From the NCBI GenBank assembly GCA_001662655.1, contig KV460238.1: 64,000 nt of DNA; one strand, 5' to 3'. The position numbers and the translations under genes are program-made. The DNA comes from Pseudogymnoascus verrucosus. Lineage: Eukaryota. The notes below the pieces were generated by a model. The model was not told the origin of the DNA, searched no databases, and saw only the letters and a program-made list of their open reading frames with translations. Positions 59,078 through 64,000 of the stretch are shown here, in pieces; positions within the stretch are counted from its first letter, which is position 1, and each line of letters starts with the position of its first letter.

Positions 59078-61390
59078 ATGGCAGCTCCTTCCAAAAACCG
59101 CACCTTCCCTCCCTACCCCGCCAAAAACCCCCATCGCTCCTTCCCATCACAAACGCACCCCGAACACACCTCACAATGCCACGCCTCTGCACTAACAATC
59201 GCACCCGCTACCTTGCCATTCCCCGCAAGCTATGATGGACTCACAGAGTTAAGTCACCATGGCTTCGGAGCGTACATAAGTCCATCCCCGCATGGCGTGC
59301 CACTCTTCAACGCGGAACTGCATGCCCACCAGTCCAGTCTCCAAGAGAGGGATCTAAGCTATCAGTACTCATCTTCGCCATCGTCGTCAGAGGAGGAGAT
59401 ATATGGTGAATTCTCACCTACCTATGCAACCGCCCCTCCAAGCACCACGCGTACGACCCCTTTATCGCAAACTCCTCAGTATCACCTCAGTCATCCATGC
59501 CACAACTTTCCCCCTCAGACCTGGGAGTCAGGGAACCCATTCACACCAACTACCTTCGCTCTACTCGACGACGAACAGACGCCAGTGACGTACCTCACCA
59601 CAACCTCACCCACCACCAGCACCCCAACTCCGGTCCATCAGGGACAAGAAAAAGGGGGATTCTACATCGGCACACCCTCCACGCCCCCCTCACCACTGCA
59701 CCCCCACGTCTCCTCACCGGACCTAACAACACCCACCACCGAAGCCCTCGCACGCTACAAAAACGCACAAGAAACGCCCCTCACACCGCTCTACTACCAC
59801 ACTTCCTCTGCCGTGACATCCCCTATGTCTGAAGCGGGTAGCGAGTTCGGTGGGGTGCCAGTGGGGGAAGTTGAGAATAACGAGGCGAGCGAGGTGGTTC
59901 ACAGATTAATGGCTGATCAACAAGGAACATCACGATTCCCCGCCTCTTTAACGGGGTGGACGGGCTTCGAAACCCCAGCGGAGGAGAAATCAGGTCAGGG
60001 AGGACAGGAGGGCGAAGAACTTATCTCCCCCCGCAGCACCACCACCACCCACACATTCAAACCCCAAGAAACCCCCCAATACGCCGAAACACCCAGTCCC
60101 CTCGCCCCCGCACACAAACACACCTCCCCCCTCACCTCCCCCCCAGTGCGTCGGACCTACCAAAACTCCAACGCCTACCGCCACCTCGTCCCCCCTCCCG
60201 GCCAATTATCACCTCTTCCCCCTGCACCGCGGCTGCCTCTCCCGGAGCCAAGATATAGCGAAGACTACAGCATCAACGCCGACGACCTCCACGTCGCGCG
60301 CGCGCGCCAGCTGCTGGAGGAGCATATGAAGAATCACTGGGGGAGCGTGTTGAGCGCTAACCAGGCCCTTCAAGCCATCACCGGGACCACCGGGATGGGT
60401 AGCAGCGTTAATTCGAGTAAGGCGCACATGGAGACGGCGGGGGCGACGTTGATGCATATCAAAAACCGGGTACCGCAACCGCGACCCCTGTTACCGGGAT
60501 TTGGGACGCCGATGCAGGTGATGCAGCGGGTGCAGGCTGAGAAGGTGGGGAAGGGGAGGTCGTTGAGAGTGGTTTATGAGGAGTACTTTTCGCGTCCTGG
60601 TGCTAGGGCTGTGGAGCTTTGTTCTTTGTCTATTCATGCTGTGAGCGGTTCTTTTGGCAACAGCACCAGCGGCGGCGGCGGTGGCCACAATTCCCAGCCT
60701 GCAAAGCTGCAAAATGAACTCCTTGCCCATTTCACCGCCTCTGAAGGCGGAACTGCGATCCAGTTCGTCGAAATCGATATCCCAAACCCGACAGGGAGTT
60801 ATAACCGCCACCCCTTCGAGCAGTGGGCATTCTTCGCCATCGCAGTCCCCATGGTCTGCGGCCCGGGAGGCGTGGACAAGGGGTTTGTCGGCTCATGGGA
60901 GAGGGGGAGTATATTCATCGCTGCCCCACTGCGCGAGGTTGCTGGGGAGGGAAAGGCTGTGCAGGATGTCCTTGGGGATGGGAGAGGGTGTTTGAGGAGG
61001 GATTTTGTGTTTGGGCCTGGGGTGGCGCATCGAGTGGAGTTTTGGGAGAAGTATGGGCGGTGGGTGGATATTGGGAGGCAAGCCCTGGGACGGGAGGGGG
61101 GAGTGTGGCTTTGTGCGGAGGTGGAGGGGGTGGAGGGAAGGATGGAGGAGTGGGAAGGTGGTGAGGGGCTGCTTGGGGCGGGGGTGAGGAGGGATGTGGA
61201 GAGGTGGGGACGGGTGAGGAGGGCGATGGAGGGGGGTGTTTGTAGGATTGTTACAAGGGTTGTTGAGAGGGAGGGGAAAGTGGAGGGGAGAAGGAGGGAG
61301 AGGGGGGAGGATGGGGGGGATTGGGAGAGGGAGGGGGTTAGGGTCGTGGAAGGTGGGAGTTCGGTGAAGAAGCCGAGGAGGGGGAGGTGA
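59078..61390 (+). CDS. Hypothetical orphan protein with a Pro/Thr/Ser-rich N-terminal half and a globular-looking C-terminal half
   Basis: About 770 codons open. The ATG is in CACCATGG context and the gene has the same C-to-G polarity as real genes nearby. No family recognised. Confidence 0.6.
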   Translation: MAAPSKNRTFPPYPAKNPHRSFPSQTHPEHTSQCHASALTIAPATLPFPASYDGLTELSHHGFGAYISPSPHGVPLFNAELHAHQSSLQERDLSYQYSSSPSSSEEEIYGEFSPTYATAPPSTTRTTPLSQTPQYHLSHPCHNFPPQTWESGNPFTPTTFALLDDEQTPVTYLTTTSPTTSTPTPVHQGQEKGGFYIGTPSTPPSPLHPHVSSPDLTTPTTEALARYKNAQETPLTPLYYHTSSAVTSPMSEAGSEFGGVPVGEVENNEASEVVHRLMADQQGTSRFPASLTGWTGFETPAEEKSGQGGQEGEELISPRSTTTTHTFKPQETPQYAETPSPLAPAHKHTSPLTSPPVRRTYQNSNAYRHLVPPPGQLSPLPPAPRLPLPEPRYSEDYSINADDLHVARARQLLEEHMKNHWGSVLSANQALQAITGTTGMGSSVNSSKAHMETAGATLMHIKNRVPQPRPLLPGFGTPMQVMQRVQAEKVGKGRSLRVVYEEYFSRPGARAVELCSLSIHAVSGSFGNSTSGGGGGHNSQPAKLQNELLAHFTASEGGTAIQFVEIDIPNPTGSYNRHPFEQWAFFAIAVPMVCGPGGVDKGFVGSWERGSIFIAAPLREVAGEGKAVQDVLGDGRGCLRRDFVFGPGVAHRVEFWEKYGRWVDIGRQALGREGGVWLCAEVEGVEGRMEEWEGGEGLLGAGVRRDVERWGRVRRAMEGGVCRIVTRVVEREGKVEGRRRERGEDGGDWEREGVRVVEGGSSVKKPRRGR

Positions 61391-61414
61391 GGTGGTGGTG
61401 GTTGGGGTAAAGGG

Positions 61415-62820
61415 GAAAGTAAGGAGCGAGATTCTGAGATGTCGTGATGGGTTGGAAAGTTAATGCTAGGAGGGTGAGGTTGTGACGAACTGGATGAGAG
61501 ATGGATGTGGGATGTAATTATAACCAAGAGCGAGGCGATGAGCCAGGCGAAACTAAAATGGATAGTAAATAATGGAAGTGTGGAACTTACCTGTGACATA
61601 CCATCCTTTGGGGTGTTCGGACGAGGATGAGTTTTGCTTCTCATCAAACACCGTGATGACCCGTCCCCTGTATTTTCTCCCCCGGGTATTGTGCGTGCTA
61701 TCCTATATATAATCGAGTTAGATGCGCAGCACCTGCTCTCTCCCCTATCCGATAACCCGCAAAGGCCAGTCGAGCAACTGATATGTCGTTCGTTTGCTCC
61801 ACCACCAGATTACTGCGCGTAGTAGCTGTGATGTTCACGCCCAGCCTGGGATACCGAAACTCTGATATATCCCCAGCGGTGGTGGGTTTGTATCGACGAC
61901 AGGGTTAAACCGGTGACAGCAAGATAAACCAACAACAACACCACCACGACTACCAACCGACAACAACCACACACACCCTTCAAGTGACAACACCCATCAA
62001 AGCCGGCGTTAACCACTTAAGAATTGACATTCTTAAGTCGTCTAGAAATCCCGTCGCAGCTGATGGTCCAGCGACCACGCGAGAAAGCTGTATTGGGGAG
62101 GAAAGACTAGAACTCAAACTAACTGCGTACGCCGCGGTTCAGAGCTGGGATTTTTTTGGGTTTCGTTGACGTCTTGTGCGGTGTTTGGAATGGGGAGAAG
62201 GGGGGGGGATATAGCTTGAGATGGAGGAGGGGGTGAGGGAGTAGTAAGGAGGGGTTGAAATGGGGCAGTGGATGGATTGGAAAGTTGATGCTGGGGAGGT
62301 TGTAGAGTAATAGATGAGAGATGCTCGTGATTATAATCTGAGTGAGGCGCTGGGAGGGGTGAGAAGCAAATGGATGGTTGATAATGAAAGTGCGAAACTT
62401 AGCTGTGATATACCATCCTTATGTGTGCGATGAGACGTGGCCGAGTCTGTAAAAACGTACAGCGAGATTCCCTCAAATCAATGCCGTATTCTCGCCGATT
62501 TATGGTGCATGCGCACGCATCCTATATAACCGACCAAGAAGCCAACACCTGCTCTCGCTCACCAAATAAAAGCGATGGAGAGCAAATCTATTGTCGTTCG
62601 TTATTTCCACCACTAGACCACTGCGCGTTAACAGCCGCCGTGACGTCCATGCCCAGCCTGCAATATCGAGCTCTGACAACCCCCCCCCCCAAGATGGCGG
62701 GAAACCAAACCGACGACGTGAAGGAAGCGGTGACAAGAATGCCACAACGACAGCAGCACCATGAACCGACAACACCACCCTCCCCCCCTCCGGTCCCCAC
62801 GGAAAGCAACACCAGGACAC
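61415..62820 (+). repeat. Diverged direct tandem duplication with a period of about 815 bp
   Basis: 61559-61608 and 62371-62420 match at 42 of 50 positions. Further collinear anchors: TTGGAAAGTT.ATGCT, GATGAGAGATG, ATCCTATATA, GACGAC...CGGTGACA and AACCGACAACA. Confidence 0.75.
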
Positions 62821-64000
62821 ACTAGCGGGAGCGGGCCTGCATGTTCGTTGCTGCGAATTGGGAACTCCTTGGCGGAGGGAGACTGAAATATGACTTTTGA
62901 GGAGGAAGAAGCGAGATGGTGGGGGGGTATATAATTAGGCGGGAGACGGTGGATGGATGGATGGATTGGGGGGGGGGATGCTAATGTTGATTGAATGAAT
63001 GGTTGATGATTGGATTGGGGATATATATTATTTCGTGTGGTGCATTATTAGTCGCTAAGTTATCTGGGTATATGGGAAAGAAAAGGGTGGTATGTATCCA
63101 GAGGCGTCTTTTTTCGTATACAGCTTCATCTGAAGGAAGTCCTCCCAGCTATCTTTAGAAGCGTGCGTCTATAGAGTGAGATGAAATCCTACAGCTATGG
63201 AGGAAATGGTAGGATGGTCTGGAGGCGGGATTTATTAGAGACAGCGAGCTGGGTTTCGATAGCATCAAGATACCGTCGAGTATTAGCGGGATCACACCGT
63301 ATCCAGCATCCCGAACCTGAATTATATACGTATACAATATAGCATCTCATCGCGAAATAAATTAGTAGAGTGACGTCATACCCCTTTCTCACCATGAACG
63401 AAACTGCGGCGAGAAGAAGGACCGGTCGGCGACAGCAGCTTCTCCGGTGACAACAACCTCCCCGGCGACAACAACCACCCCTTCCCACCGAACTAACCCA
63501 CGGTAACGAGAATCCCCCGGCAACAACATCCGCCTCCCCGACAGCAAAAGGCCGATAAACCGCCGTCCTTTGCACGATCAAGCTTCTGATACCGGTGTAC
63601 CCTCAGCCTCGATCCTCGGAGCGGAGCGTAGCCAGGAACAGGAACACACGCCGTTCGTCGGCTTGTGGCCGTGGCTCGTGGCGCGCGGCCCTCGGAGATG
63701 TTATATTTAGGTGGATCGATGGAGGGAATTTGGATGTCTTGGATTATGTAAGCTAGCTGGTTTCGCCACAGTTCGCCGTGGCCGGTGTTCAGCGTGGGAA
63801 GCGTGTGAAAGCGGCAGTGTTAGTAGTGTGTGGCTACTGTGTGCTGTGTGGTAGTGGTAAGTGGTAAGTGGTAGGTGGTAGGCGGCAGGTGGTAGGTGTG
63901 AGGTGTGAGGTTAGAAAGGTGAAGTCTCTGACAGCTGTCAAGGCCCGTGCCCCCGTCGTTTCCGTCGTATGGCGTATTTTATTGTTAGTAGTTAGTAGTA

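Noticed and set aside
63848..63915. GTGGTA(A/G) heptamer repeats near the window end
   Set aside because: Ordinary degenerate microsatellite with no unique spacers, so not CRISPR-like.

Overview
This is a gene-dense window from a filamentous ascomycete (Pezizomycotina; probably Leotiomycetes/Helotiales, which is an inference) with short GT-AG introns. About 1-43.4 kb is a conserved housekeeping block: Sds3-like, NOP58, VMA6, uS15m, RPS0, KXD1, DGK1, SPB4, an RS-extended Hub1, GPI15, PUS3/DEG1, an atypical Rho-like GTPase, RPC17, a PRS5-like synthetase, a probable TTDN1/MPLKIP-like protein, a lipocalin-like protein, bL21m, PTC7, DAP2, a TauD-family dioxygenase, SOF1, RPN6 and an AT-hook protein. 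About 43.6-64 kb looks accessory. It holds an AsaB/CmcJ-family oxygenase flanked by TpA-rich, palindrome-rich relics, a GPI-anchored protein, and a compositionally distinct unit. That unit consists of a diaminopropionate ammonia-lyase::M20 amidohydrolase fusion, a divergent Zn2Cys6 regulator with a 12-bp minisatellite in the shared promoter, and a decayed FAD monooxygenase. After it come an SDR running into a 71-N gap, an OGFr-domain protein with three unrecognised ~70-aa repeats, an orphan ORF and a diverged ~815-bp tandem duplication. Best leads: a K-turn/K-loop-like box C/D hairpin inside the NOP58 intron (possible splicing autoregulation), the DAPAL-M20 catabolic unit, the TTDN1-like protein, the RS-Hub1 fusion and the P-loop-mutated Rho. 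All calls come from motif recognition by eye; no database searches were run.
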